Source: Schmidtea polychroa (lineage: Eukaryota). From it: DNA of 64,000 nucleotides. Made by a program: the position numbers and the translations under genes. The notes under the pieces were generated by a model. That model was not told the origin of the DNA. It saw nothing but the letters and a program-made list of their open reading frames with translations, and ran no database searches. The stretch covers positions 100,502,001 to 100,566,000 of the forward strand of contig CM097885.1 in the NCBI GenBank assembly GCA_044892525.1, given 5' to 3'. Positions 1-12,238 of this stretch are shown in pieces (the stretch's first letter is position 1; each line of letters opens with the position of its first letter).

Positions 1-1163
1 CTTGTTACTTATTTTCATACTATGTTCACTTTCTGTTGTTTTATATTTCTGAAGATGTTCTATACGAATCTCAGTTAAAATATTCTATTATAATTCAAGT
101 TCTTTTTTAGTTAAAAACTTTCGTTTTAATTTAAATTTAGAACTTTCCCAATTCCCATAACAGTTGATTTATTCATTTTCGCTGTTTTATGGAAATATCG
201 TATATTTTACGAGCACTATAAATTAAAATAAATTAAAATTTGAATCCAGTAAAACAAATTAAAAAACTTTAACGCCATTTTAAAATAGATATCACTCAAA
301 AGTTATAAAATGAATCTAAAAAACTCATGTCATACTTCTTTGTTTTTCCAAATCAGAGTTTTCCATAATAAAATTTTTCCAAACCAAAAAAAAACATCCG
401 ATATGAAGATGTTAACCGAATTTAATTTAAATTCTTGAAATTTTTGGAAATTCAAAAATTTCAAATAAAATAATTTTTCTTTCAACAATTAATAAATTTA
501 ATTTTCATTGAAATTTTCAATGTTAAGAATTCCAAACTATCATTTTTGAAAAAAAAACATTACTTGAGAATATAAATTCAAAAATCCAGTAAATTTATCA
601 GAAATTCGAATGTACATATTATAAGATTAACGCTTCAAAAAGAAGTGGAAAAATTTCAACATTATTTTATAAAATGAAATTCACAATGCATAATATTATA
701 ATGAATTTCTAAATGTTCGGTGTCATAATTTTTAAAATGTGTCGTGATTTATATTAGGGAAAGACAAACTGAATACAAAACACACATAAATTATTATTGT
801 AATAAGGTCATCTATTATTATTATCATTATTATTACTATATTATAAAGTGTTAAAATGGAAAATCGTGGTGACACATACTAACCTTCTTGATCTAAAATT
901 CAAAAAAATAAACAAATAACTACAATGAAGACTAAAAATTCGAAATAAAATTTAAAAACTTAATAATAATATTATTAATAATTAATTAATTAAAGAAAGT
1001 GTGTTGAAACATTTCTTTTACAAAATATTTTGACAGTATTTCTGGCTTCATCTGATAGAATAAAAAATAACTATAGTTATTCTTAATTCCAAAATATTTG
1101 GCTGACAAGAATATAGAATTATTTTTTAACAGGTAATAATAGATTGTAATATACATATTATCA

Positions 1164-1166
<3 letters not shown>

Positions 1167-1236
<70 letters not shown>
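1167..1236. repeat. (TA)n microsatellite abutting the Polinton-like terminus
   Basis: Perfect AT dinucleotide run of about 70 bp ending immediately before AGTAGT at 1237. Confidence 0.95.
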
Positions 1237-1240
<4 letters not shown>

Positions 1241-1639
1241 GTATGATGTGAGCGCCTTACCGGATTTTGGAACGCCCCCCCCCCTAACTGCTCAATAATT
1301 AATCAGAAATAAATAATAATTAATCATTATTTTTATTAAATTAATTAATTATTATAATTTTATTTCTTTATTACTTTTTTTAATTTTGTTATTTAATTTA
1401 TTTTAGTGTATATTTAAATTATTAATTCTTACCTGTTATTCTTAATACTCTTTTTTTTTACAAATTTATGCAAACTGAGACAAAAATGTTCAAAGTATAA
1501 ACATATATTAGTCAAACTTATTATACATAATCAATAAAAATAATCAATAATCAATAAAAACCAATATTTTAGCAAGATTTATTTGAATAGCATCTGGTAT
1601 ATCTTCAGCTGATTCTTTGAATGGTGGATCCGGATCGAA

Positions 1640-3389
1640 TTATTGAACAGCAAATGAGTCACCTCCCATATAATGCCCATATGCATAACTTTTATTTTTC
1701 CTTTTTCATTTTTTTTTATGGTTTTTGCATTTTTATGGTGAATAGCTGGTGATTTTTGCTATTTATTTTAGTTTACGGTATAGAAAAAATTTGATTAGTG
1801 TTATAACAATCCAGGTACGACTGATGTATTATGTCACTACCTTTCAATGTTACTTCTTTAGCTTTTTATCCTCCAAGGTAAATCCAAATGGAAGTACTTC
1901 CCAATCTACAGATTCACAAAAATAAATTATTTTATTTAACTCTTCTCTATTAGTTACCCATTTAAAATCCTTATATGGAAGTTTTTTGCTTAAAGCCCAA
2001 CCATACAAATTATTTATATCAATGTAAAGAAGTTCTGTATTGTCGGAGGATACTACATGGTGTTTGTTAACAAATGTTAATCCACCACGGATCCCCTTAA
2101 AAAAATTATTCATCTCCATATCTTGCAACAACTCGATAGGAGATTTCAAAGTCATTAAAGCGGAACTCCAGCTCATGCCTGGAATGCCCAAGAAATTAGG
2201 AGGTTCAAGTCGATTATGTGCAATAGATTTTGAACGAAATTGTTGAAAATAGTCAGCTAGTAAGAAAACATCCAATTTAAGATATAACATCATGTAATCA
2301 AACAATGATTCACAATGAAATTCTTTCCAGATATGTTGTGCCTTTTCATATTCATCAACAGTGACTCCTTCCCAAATTGGTGGTAAGTCATACGTATCTT
2401 TTAAAACTTCTAGAAGTTGCAAAATTATATGGGAATATCCCCTTTGAATTAACAATAGTCCCCCTAAATTCAGCTGATGTTAAAGGAAGAGATGTCAGGG
2501 TTTTTACTGCGTCATTTAAACTAGAACTAACAAAGTGACAAGAATCAATAAATTTATTGCTTAAACAATCAACTCTTGCTGTTAAAGTCAAAACTCTTTC
2601 GTTGCTGGTAGGAATACAATTAATATTCCAATTTTTCATTTCATTTAAACCATATTTAAGAATATGATGTAAATCATATCCACGTAAATTATGAAAAATT
2701 ACAGGCATGACAAACATAATTTGTCTTGAAATATTACATTTGGAACAAGAAGCCCCTAAATATTTACCCGTGTAATGATCATGATCTTTAATTGGATTTT
2801 TTAATAGTTTATTGCACAAGTAACAAATGTTTGAAGAAAGAAAGGATCTTTTCTGGTCAGAAGAAAGAAATTCCATTTTCTTTTTGGAATTATTTAAGAA
2901 GTAAGGTAAAACTAATTTTTCACCAATGTCATTTATTTCAGTCAAAAACTGTTCAATGCAGTTTAAACCATGAAAACTCTTATATATCTTTTCGCCAGTA
3001 AAATTATTAATTAATAATTGTCCGGCTGAAATCGGCAAGTGTAGCTGAAAATATGTATCGTCCTTAGGTAAAACAGCCTCAAAATCAGGATATACAACAA
3101 ATGGAAGAGTCACAATCTTAGACTAATCTTTAAATATCAAGTTCTTATCGGAAGGTAAACTATACAAAGTTGTACCTAGTTGGTTTTTCTTACATAATGT
3201 CTGATGTTTCTTAAAAGCTTCAACCATTCTGAATCCATTCAAGCATCCTTCACACCAAATATTCTGAATTCTAATATTTGAAACAGTATTACAATTCAAT
3301 AGCCTGTCAAGATAAGTAACTGATATGTAATGAAAAGAGTCATTTTTCTCCGACAATATTAAATTAATAGGAATTCCACCTACAACTTT
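1640..3389 (-). pseudogene. polB: Protein-primed DNA polymerase B, partial inverted copy (ZnF, endonuclease-VII-like, exonuclease, motif A, then deletion to the C-terminus)
   Basis: ORFs 3123-3356, 2388-3113 and 1850-2455 carry CEGC..KKHQTLC, YPDFE, DHDHYTGKYLGASCSKCN, FHNLRGYD, KGIFPY, GIRGG and YIDINNLYGWALS. Near-identical to the plus-strand copy, with a stop, a frameshift and a ~1.8 kb deletion. Confidence 0.9.
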
Positions 3390-3444
3390 TGACCTTAGAA
3401 TATTCTTTTTAATTTGTTGCCCGTCTTCGAAATAATGTATTGAT

Positions 3445-4270
3445 TTGTCCTATTTAACATCATTATTTTATTACTTTGTTGCAATATTTTTATTATTTTA
3501 GTTACACTTTGATAAATATTTTACAAATTTGTTGAAATTTTCTGAAATATGTTACTACTTTGTTGTAATATTTTATAATCTTGTTACAATTTGCTTAAAT
3601 ATTTTACAACTGTTGAAAATTTATCCGAAATATGTTATTACTTTGTTGCAATTTGATGAAAAAAGTTATTACTTTGTTGATTCATCACATTATTTTATTA
3701 CTTTGTTTCAATATTTTTATAATCTTGTTACAATTTGTTTAAATATTTTATAACTTTGTTGCAATTTGATAAAATCATTTATTAATTTTTATCATTTACG
3801 TAAATATTTTATTACTTTGTAATAGTTTTTATTATTTTGTTACGATATGATAAATATTTCATAACTTTATGTATATTTACTGAAATATGTTATTCATTTG
3901 TTTTAATTTAATGAAAGGTTTCACAACTTAATGCAATATTTTATTAATTTGTTGTCTTTCATCGAAATAATGTATTACTTTATTTACAATTACTTTAACT
4001 ATTTTATTACTTTGTTGTAATATTTTTTATTATTTTATTATTAGATAAATATTTTAGAAATTGGTTTAAGTTTACCGAAATATTCTAATACTATGTTACA
4101 ATTTGATGAAAAATGTATTTAGTTGTTGTCATTCACCTCATTATTACTTTATTTCAATATTTTTATAATCTTGTTACAATTTGATAAATATTTTACAACT
4201 TTGTTGAAATTTTCTGAAATCAGTTATTTGTTACAATTTGATGAAAATGAATTGATTATAATTTGTGTAT
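3445..4270. repeat. Degenerate minisatellite/satellite-like array
   Basis: Recurrent related units such as TTATTACTTTGTTGCAATATTTT, ATAATCTTGTTACAATTTG, AAATATTTTACAAC and TTGTTGAAATTTTCTGAAAT. Confidence 0.75.
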
Positions 4271-5409
4271 GTCGTTTTGAATGTTCTACACACATGTTTT
4301 GTATTAAATTTGAATTTTTCATCAATTTAGCAAATATTTAAAGAATCCTGTAGTATAATTATGAATAGATAGAATTTAATTCTTTATAAATTAGTCTAAA
4401 TATAATTTTATTTGGACACGTTTTAATTATTGGATTTTTCTCTATTTTGCTCTTTTGTTGATAATTACAATAATGAATAGTTATAATTTTCTAGAAGATT
4501 TGTCCGTCAAATATCTAATGTATTCTGTATGCCATATATTTTGGTTTAATTATTGCATCTTTAATTTAATAATTTTAGCTTTATTATGATTTATTAAATA
4601 AGTCACCTAACGTCAAAATGTGTTTTTAAAAATATATTTAAATTTTAAAATACCTCAACGTAATATTTTTTTCCTACCCCTTCCTTGATTTTGATTGGTC
4701 AGAATTTGTTCGTGTTTATTACCTTTAGTCTATAAACAATAATCTATCATTAGTCACATTTAACAAAAAGTTAACCTTTAAAAATGAATTCTTTAATAAA
4801 AACTGTTATGAATGTCCGAGGAAAAATTCAGAAATTTGGTAAATTTTAATTTATTGATTAATTAATTTATTAATTAATTTAGATAATATTAATGAAGACA
4901 ATTTGATATCGATGATTAAAGGAAATTTGAAAAGAAAAAGTAAAAATAATTTTTAATTTATTGATTTAATTAATTAATAATTTATGTAATACAAATAAAG
5001 AGAAAAATTATGACAATATGTCAATAAATCGAAACGACAATTTGCAATGTAAGTATTGATTACTTTTTATGAATTAAAGGAAATTTAATATAATTTATTA
5101 TTTAAGTAAATGTTAATATTTTTAATTTAATAAATATTTATAGTAATAAATTTTGTAAATATTTCTTGTAATAAATAATAATAATTTGAAAATTTTTGCG
5201 TAAACATTAATTTAAGCAGATTTCTTTAATATTATTTAGTAATAATAATAATATTTTGTGTAATAATTACAATTATATATCGAATTTCTTTTATTTTATA
5301 TTATTTAAAAAACCTTTGAATAATTTTAATGTTATTTTATAAATAAGGTAATCTTTACTCGAATTATTGTCAATGTAAAGTTCATTATGACCGCAATTGC
5401 AATAAAATA

Positions 5410-8400
5410 ATGAAAAAATACTATCGACATGTGAATAAACAAGTCACCTTCTTTATATGTCCCATTTGTATGACCTCCCAAAATATAACTTTTCCTGACT
5501 TTTATCATTTAAATCAATTTTCTTGTACAAAAAAGAATCTTTTTGCATCTATTAATCTAAATAAAAGACGAATTGTTACTGTTTGTCCACAACCAACGAA
5601 ACTAGTCGTAATTTCCGATGATGAAGATGTTCATTCATCAAATGACGAAAATATTGTTCAATATGGTGATTCTAATGAACCTTTAATTAAATTTAATTTG
5701 AATAAGGCACATGCTATTGTTAAAATGGTTTCTTTAAATTTAAATAAATTAATTATCACTGCACCATTATTAACTAAATTAAATTCTGTTATATCCGAAA
5801 TGGGATGTTAAAATTCAATTCTGCATTGATGTGGAATTTGAAAAAGATGGACAATTTCAGTCTTTTATAATATCTAAATCGGCGAAACCCATGAGTGATA
5901 CCTTCTTAGAAGATGGTATTGCTCTTTTGAATGAAAAAATAACTCAAGTCTGCGAAAATGGTAGCAACTGGTCATTTAATAAAATTAAGGAAATTAATTT
6001 TAAATTGACGAAATATTCACAAATAAGTAGGTTGAGTGGTCACGGAGGTATTGATACTCCTCCAAAATTATCCTTAAAACATTTTCCGGTTAATGTAAAA
6101 ACACTGACGATATGTGTTTCATCTATAGTATTTTGTCTATTATAAAATATGATGAGGTTAGTAGACATGACAGAAATATAACATCTAGTTATAATCCATC
6201 AGATCTTGCCTTTGATTCTTCTGATTTGCCAATGAAATTGTGTAATATCCCAACATTTGAGGCTAAAAATCCTGGATATGCGATTAGTGTTCTTTCGTAT
6301 GATGAATTTGACTTAATAAATGTTAATGATAAGGAAGTATTGAAACACCTTTTTTTAGATGTCATGCATAGGTATAAAGTTGTAGGTGGAATTCCTATTA
6401 ATTTAATATTGTTGGAGAAAAATGACTCTTTTCATTACATATCAGTTACTTATCTTGACAGGCTATTGAATTGTAATACTGTTTCAAATATTAGAATTCA
6501 GAATATTTGGTGTGAAGGATGCTTGAATGGATTCAGAATGGTTGAAGCTTTTAAGAAACATCAGACATTATGTAAGAAAAACCAACTAGGTACAACTTTG
6601 TATAGTTTACCTTCCGATAAGAACTTGATATTTAAAGATTAGTCTAAGATTGTGACTCCTCCATTTGTTGTATATGCTGATTTTGAGGCTGTTTTACCTA
6701 AGGACGATACATATTTTCAGCTACACTTGCCGATTTCAGCCGGACAATTATTAATTAATAATTTTACTGGCGAAAAGATATATAAGAGTTTTCATGGTTT
6801 AAACTGCATTGAACAGTTTTTGACTGAAATAAATGACATTGGTGAAAATTTAGTTTTACCTTACTTCTTAAATAATTCCAAAAAGAAAATGGAATTTCTT
6901 CTGACCAGAAAAGATCCTTTCTTTCTTCAAACATTTGTTACTTGTGCAATAAACTATTAAAAAATCCAATTAAAGATCATGATCATTACACGGGTAAATA
7001 TTAAGGGGCTTCTTGTTCCAAATGTAATATTTCAAGAAAAATTAGGTTTGTCATGCCTGTAATTTTTCATAATTTACGTGGATATGATTTACATCATATT
7101 CTTAAATATGGTTTAAATGAAATGAAAAATTGGAATATTAATTGTATTCCTACCAGCAACGAAAGGGTTTTGACTTTAACAGCAAGAGTTGAATGTTTAA
7201 GCAATAAATTTATTGATTCTTGTCAATTTGTTAGTTCCAGTTTAAATGACGCAGTAAAAACCCTGACATCTCTTCCTTTAACATCAGCTGAATTTACGGG
7301 GACTATTGTTAATTCAAAGGGGATATTCCCATATAATTTTGCAACTTCTAGAAGTTTTAAAAGATACGTATGACTTACCACCAATTTGGGAAGGAGTCAC
7401 TGTTGATGAATATGAAAAGGCACAACATATCTGGAAAGAATTTCATTGTGAATCATTGTTTGATTACATGATGTTATATCTTAAATTGGATGTTTTCTTA
7501 CTAGCTGACTATTTTCAACAATTTCGTTCAAAATCTATTGCACATAATCGACTTGAACCTCCTAATTTCTTGGGCATTCCAGGCATGAGCTGGAGTTCCG
7601 CTTTAATGACTTTGAAATCTCCTATCGAGTTGTTGCAAGATATGGAGATGAATAATTTTTTTAAGGGGATCCGTGGTGGATTAACATTTGTTAACAAACA
7701 CCATGTAGTATCCTCCGACAATACAGAACTTCTTTACATTGATATAAATAATTTGTATGGTTGGGCTTTAAGCAAAAAACTTCCATATAAGGATTTTAAA
7801 TGGGTAACTAATAGAGAAGAGTTAAATAAAATAATTTATTTTTGTGAATCTGTAGATTGGGAAGTACTTCCATTTGGATTTACCTTCGAGGTTGATTTGG
7901 AAATTCATGATTGGATTCACGACAAATTGGATGATTTTCCAGTTGCTGCTGAAAAGATGGTTCCATCTGGCTCTAAAGTTGAGAAGTTGATGCTTACACA
8001 CAGCTCTAAGAAGTACTATGTTCTTCATTGGAGACTTCTCAAGCTTTTTCTTTCTCTTGGTGTAAAATTAATTCATCTACATAGGGCAATTAAATTCACA
8101 AACGATAATATATTTAAAGATTACATCGATACCAATAGCAAACCTAGGGCGGAATCGAGTAATGCCTTGGATTAAAATTATTATAAGTTAATAAATAATA
8201 GTCTTTACGGCAAAACCGTAGAGAATCTGAAAAGAAGGTCTGAATTTGCGGCTTTGTAATTCGGCTTCTAGGCTAATTACATATACATCTAAACCAACGT
8301 TTAAAAGGGACGTAGGAAATTGGCAATGACTTAGTATCAGTCTTGCTAAATAAGGAAGCTATTTGTTTAGATAGACCCAGTTACATTGGTCAAACTGTAC

Positions 8401-9940
8401 TGGATTTATCGAAACTTAGAATGTATCAGCTGCAGTATGAAGAGTTACAAAAATATCGTAACGAATTCAACTGTAAAATTGTTGGGTTATTGAGTTGGTG
8501 ATAAATTTTAAATGTTACTCTGACACCAAGCGTGTCTTTATATGATTCACAAATAACACTTGACAACAGAAATCTTTATTGATAATTACAGATAAACTTT
8601 CACTTGACACTGACAATAAATTCAACACTCTGCTTGGTGACTATACAATGCTTATTACAACACTCGGTGAGGAATAGCACTTGTGTTAACACCGGGTTTT
8701 AAAGATCACAAATTACTGATTGGTTTCTAAACTGGGATTTTGAGCTGGTTGTTTTCTTTGACTTTATTCACAACTTTATTCAAATAATCAAATAACTTAT
8801 TTTCGTTTTATTTTTCAACTAATTCTTTTCTTCAACTATTCTCCAATAATTATTCTCCACAATTATTTCCTTTAAAATTATTTTGACAATCGTTTGTCCA
8901 ACAACGTTTCCTCCAAGTCTAATTTTATCTTTCAAATTGTCTCTCAAATCGTCTTCACTTTGTCTCTAATTTTCTTCTAATTTCATGTCCACTAGTTTTC
9001 CCTTATATAGTTCGCTTCTTTTGTGGCACTCTAGATAATCAAGTGTTTTTCCATTTTCCTTCTCCTGCTTTTCCCGACTGTCCCATTTTTATCTCTGACA
9101 GCTGTCAAGTTATTTTCCCTTTTCCCTTTTTTGATTGACCGCCTTCTACCATCAATTCTGTTATCACTGGCAAGCTGTCGAGATAAGGATATTGTTGTTT
9201 TTCCTTTTTCCCTGATTTCGAAATTCCTTTTCCTTTTTGTACTAATTAATTAGTACTGACCTTGGTTTTCATTTTCCTGTTTGATTCCCTTTATTTCCTT
9301 TATCTTTCTTATTTTTAGTTTCTTTTTACTTCCGTTTTCTTTTCTGAGTTCCAATCGATCGTCCCGTTTGTCATGGCGATCTTCCCCCAGGTAATTTTAT
9401 TTATTTCTTTAGAAATTGTTATTTAGGTATCCTCAACAAAATTAATATCGTTGCAGGCGATAGGGATTCATTTTTTCTTGAAGTAATTAATTGTAAGCTT
9501 GATGTTCTTTTACCAGCCATGATCCGTGATAATTTACTAAGCACATCTAATTACGAACCTAGTCATCCTTTATATAGTAGGAACCTTGATTCTGTCATTG
9601 GAAAGTTCAAAGACGAAAATGAAGGTCTTAAATATATGGAGTGGGTTTTTCTTAGGCCAAAGTGTTATAGTTTGTTAGGTGATGACGAGACTAAAAAGGC
9701 TAAAGGAGTAACATTGAAAGGTAGTGACATAAAACATCAGTCGTACCTGGATTGTTATAACACTAATCAAATTTTTTCTATACCGTAAACTAAAATAAAT
9801 AGCAAAAATCACCAGCTATTCACCATAAAAATGAAAAAACTGCACTTACCAACGCAGATGATAAAAGGGTTTGGATGGGGAAAAATAAAAGTTATGCATA
9901 TGGGCATTATATGGGAGGTGACTCATTTGCTGTTCAATAA
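5410..9940 (+). pseudogene. polB: Near-complete protein-primed family B DNA polymerase (Polinton/adintovirus type), disrupted by stops, frameshifts and a solo LTR
   Basis: Collinear fragments: N-terminal region (KIQFCIDVEFEK, ENGSNW, VNVK..CFIYSIL), C2H2-like finger, ExoI YADFE, DHDH endonuclease-VII-like motif, ExoII FHNLRGYD, KGIFPY, ExoIII YLKLDVFLL, motif A YIDINNLYG, motif B KLINNSLYGK (about 8185-8214), motif C GDRDS (9456-9470), GKFKDE, LRPKCYS, KAKGV, DKR..AYGHY, stop 9938-9940. In-frame stops at 6640, 7002, 8173 and 9786. Joining the 5410-5811 ORF by a frameshift is inferred. Confidence 0.92.
8480..9438 (-). mobile_element. Solo LTR (copy 1) inserted in pPolB
   Basis: TGTTG...CAACA termini and a 4-bp TSD AAAT (8476-8479 / 9439-9442). 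Removing it restores the frame CKINIVAGDRDSFFLE. Minus-strand TATATAA at about 9003-9010 with AATAAA downstream. Homologous copies at 16148 and 32349. Confidence 0.9.
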
Positions 9941-10649
9941 TTCGATCCGGATCCACCATTCTCGCAATTCAAAGAATCATCTGAAGATATACAGGATGTT
10001 ATTTAAATAAATCTTTGTTAAAATATTGGTTTTTTTGATTTTCTTTAGAATTAAATGTATAATAAGTTTGACTAATATATGTTTATACTTTGAACATTTT
10101 TGTCTCAGTTTGCATAAATTAGTAAAAAAAATGAGTATTAAGAATAACAGATAAAAATTAATAATTTAAATTTACACTAAAATAAATTAAATAACAAAAT
10201 AAAAAAAATTAATAAAGAAATAAAATTATAATAATTAATTAATTAAATAAAAATAATGAAATAAAAGGAAATGATTAATGAAAATATTTGTTAAGTTCTG
10301 ATTAATTATTGAGTAGTTAGGGGGGTTACCAAAATCCGGCAGTAGCAATAATATTTTATAAATGTTTTTATACAATTTGGTGTGTTTCGTAAGTTAAACA
10401 TACAACAGCAGCATAAAAAGTGTGATTTTTCCGATTAATTATCATACTATTTCATGGACATGTCTCACAAAAGAATTCTGCCTTTACTAAGAACTTATAT
10501 TTTCTATTGCTTGAAATTTGTTTTTATATAAATATTTAAAGTCACAAGTATAAATAGGTTTGCATTTTTGCCTGCATTCACTTGAACTGAACTTTTTTTA
10601 AATAAAAATACAAAATAATTTTTAAAATTAAGATCTCCGATCTTAAATT

Positions 10650-10722
10650 GGCGGTTCGTGAGCCACATTTGAATAGTTACAGAGCCACTTTTGGCCCGCA
10701 GGCAGCACTTTGGGAACCCATG
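10650..10722 (-). mobile_element. hAT (Charlie-like) terminal fragment
   Basis: Minus strand reads CATGGGTTCCCAAAGTGCTGCCTGCGGGCCAAAAGTGGCTC, resembling CAGGGGTTCCCAAAC..GCGGGCCAAA hAT ends. The opposite end was not found. Confidence 0.45.
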
Positions 10723-12238
10723 TTTTGGATCATTAAAAAAATAACATATTTTATTAATCAAAAATAATATTTAAAAAAATAATATTTGTATAATTTGATT
10801 ATTAAATCAATAGTTTTTCTTTTCCAACAAGATGATAACAGAAAAACTGTTGAAACATATCGTAAAATATATTGATGTTTGAGTAATGCTTTCTGANNNN
10901 NNNNNNNNNNNNNNNNNNNNNNNNNNNNNNNNNNNNNNNNNNNNNNNNNNNNNNNNNNNNNNNNNNNNNNNNNNNNNNNNNNNNNNNNNNNNNNNNNNNN
11001 NNNNNNNNNNNNNNNNNNNNNNNNNNNNNNNNNNNNNNNNNNNNNNNNNNNNNNNNNNNNNNNNTTACCTTTTACAAACATTCAATATGAAAATTATATA
11101 TGTGCTTTTCAAATGTTTTGATTATGATAATTAATGATAATATATATGAATTAATTCTGTCGACAGGAAGTTCCGTTCAAACTGAATGAAAACGTAAATA
11201 AACAAAACTTTGTTTACTAGTAAACACGTCTTTCTTATTATATAAAATAAATACGAATAAAAGTCATGAAGTTATAATTTGCGAAATAATTTTCAAATTT
11301 TACTTTTTTACGTGTTTTTAAATCAACTATTTACAAGAAAATTGCTTAAATATAAGCAAGAATTAAACTTTTGTTAGAGTTAAAACAAACTCAATAAGAA
11401 ATGATAAATATTATAAAAATGTGATATAATTTCTTTGCAATAATTTCGATAAATAAGTTTCAAGAAGTGGAACAAGTGGTTTTATTTTCAGCTTACAAGA
11501 AATCTTAAAATATTGAAGCAAAAATTACCATAGAATTTGAAAAATGATTAAGAAAAATTTTCTTAGTCAAAACAGCGATCTCTTTGTCTTTTTCATTTAA
11601 AGATTTACCTATGTTATGGCTTACACAAATTTTCAAAATTTCTTATGTCAATAACCTCCCTCTTTTTTGGACAGAAAACACCTGAAAACAATAATTTTTA
11701 CATATTCGAATTCAAAAACTCATTTTAAGACTCATTTGTTGCCTTTAGACTTTTATCTGAAAATGTTTGGAGGAATTTTTGACTTCGAACAATTAATTAA
11801 AAATGACATCCAGGCTATTAATTTTTATGTACTTTTACTTTTATCATTTTTTTCAACCAACAAGTAAATAATCGCATTTAAATGTAGTACTTGTTAATTT
11901 TATAATCCAATAAATTAATTTCTATCAATTTTATAAGAAAGCACCAATCAAACATTCTTTTCACGATTTATTTTGACAGTTTTCTTGTCATCATCAGGTT
12001 GGATATATTAACTATATAAATTAAGGATTTTTAAACCAATTTATTAATTGTATTAATTATTAATTATATAAAAAGTTTTTTTTTAAAAATAAAACTTTAT
12101 CCTTTTAAAAGTTATGATTAAAATAATTTATGGTTTTTTAAATTTTAACATTTAGAATTAAATTTAATAATTTATTAATTATTTAATTTAACAACAACAA
12201 TCGATACATACCAAATACAAAAAAATATTTAAAAACAT

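Larger units (their letters stand above)
1237..10339. mobile_element. Polinton/Maverick-derived pPolB element with large inverted duplication (defective)
   Basis: 1260-3389 is the reverse complement of 6376-10339, minus an internal deletion of about 7890-9690. The outer left end reads AGTAGTATGATGTGAGCGCC, matching the short-repeat 5'-AG termini known for Polintons. Both arms encode pPolB fragments. Confidence 0.75.

Noticed and set aside
4340-5400. A left TIR for the plus-strand pPolB copy
   Set aside because: Only AT-rich low-complexity similarity to 9940-10339; no match to the GC-containing terminal 60 bp.
2040-8028. Short antisense ORFs overlapping pPolB (2040-2246, 2792-3001, 7515-7721, 7822-8028)
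   Set aside because: They are shadow frames of the polymerase sequence, duplicated only because the arm is duplicated.
11940-12010. Hammerhead ribozyme downstream of the Penelope fragment (minus strand CTGATGA-TGAC..GTCA-AAA)
   Set aside because: The invariant G of GAAA is missing, and stems I and III could not be formed convincingly.
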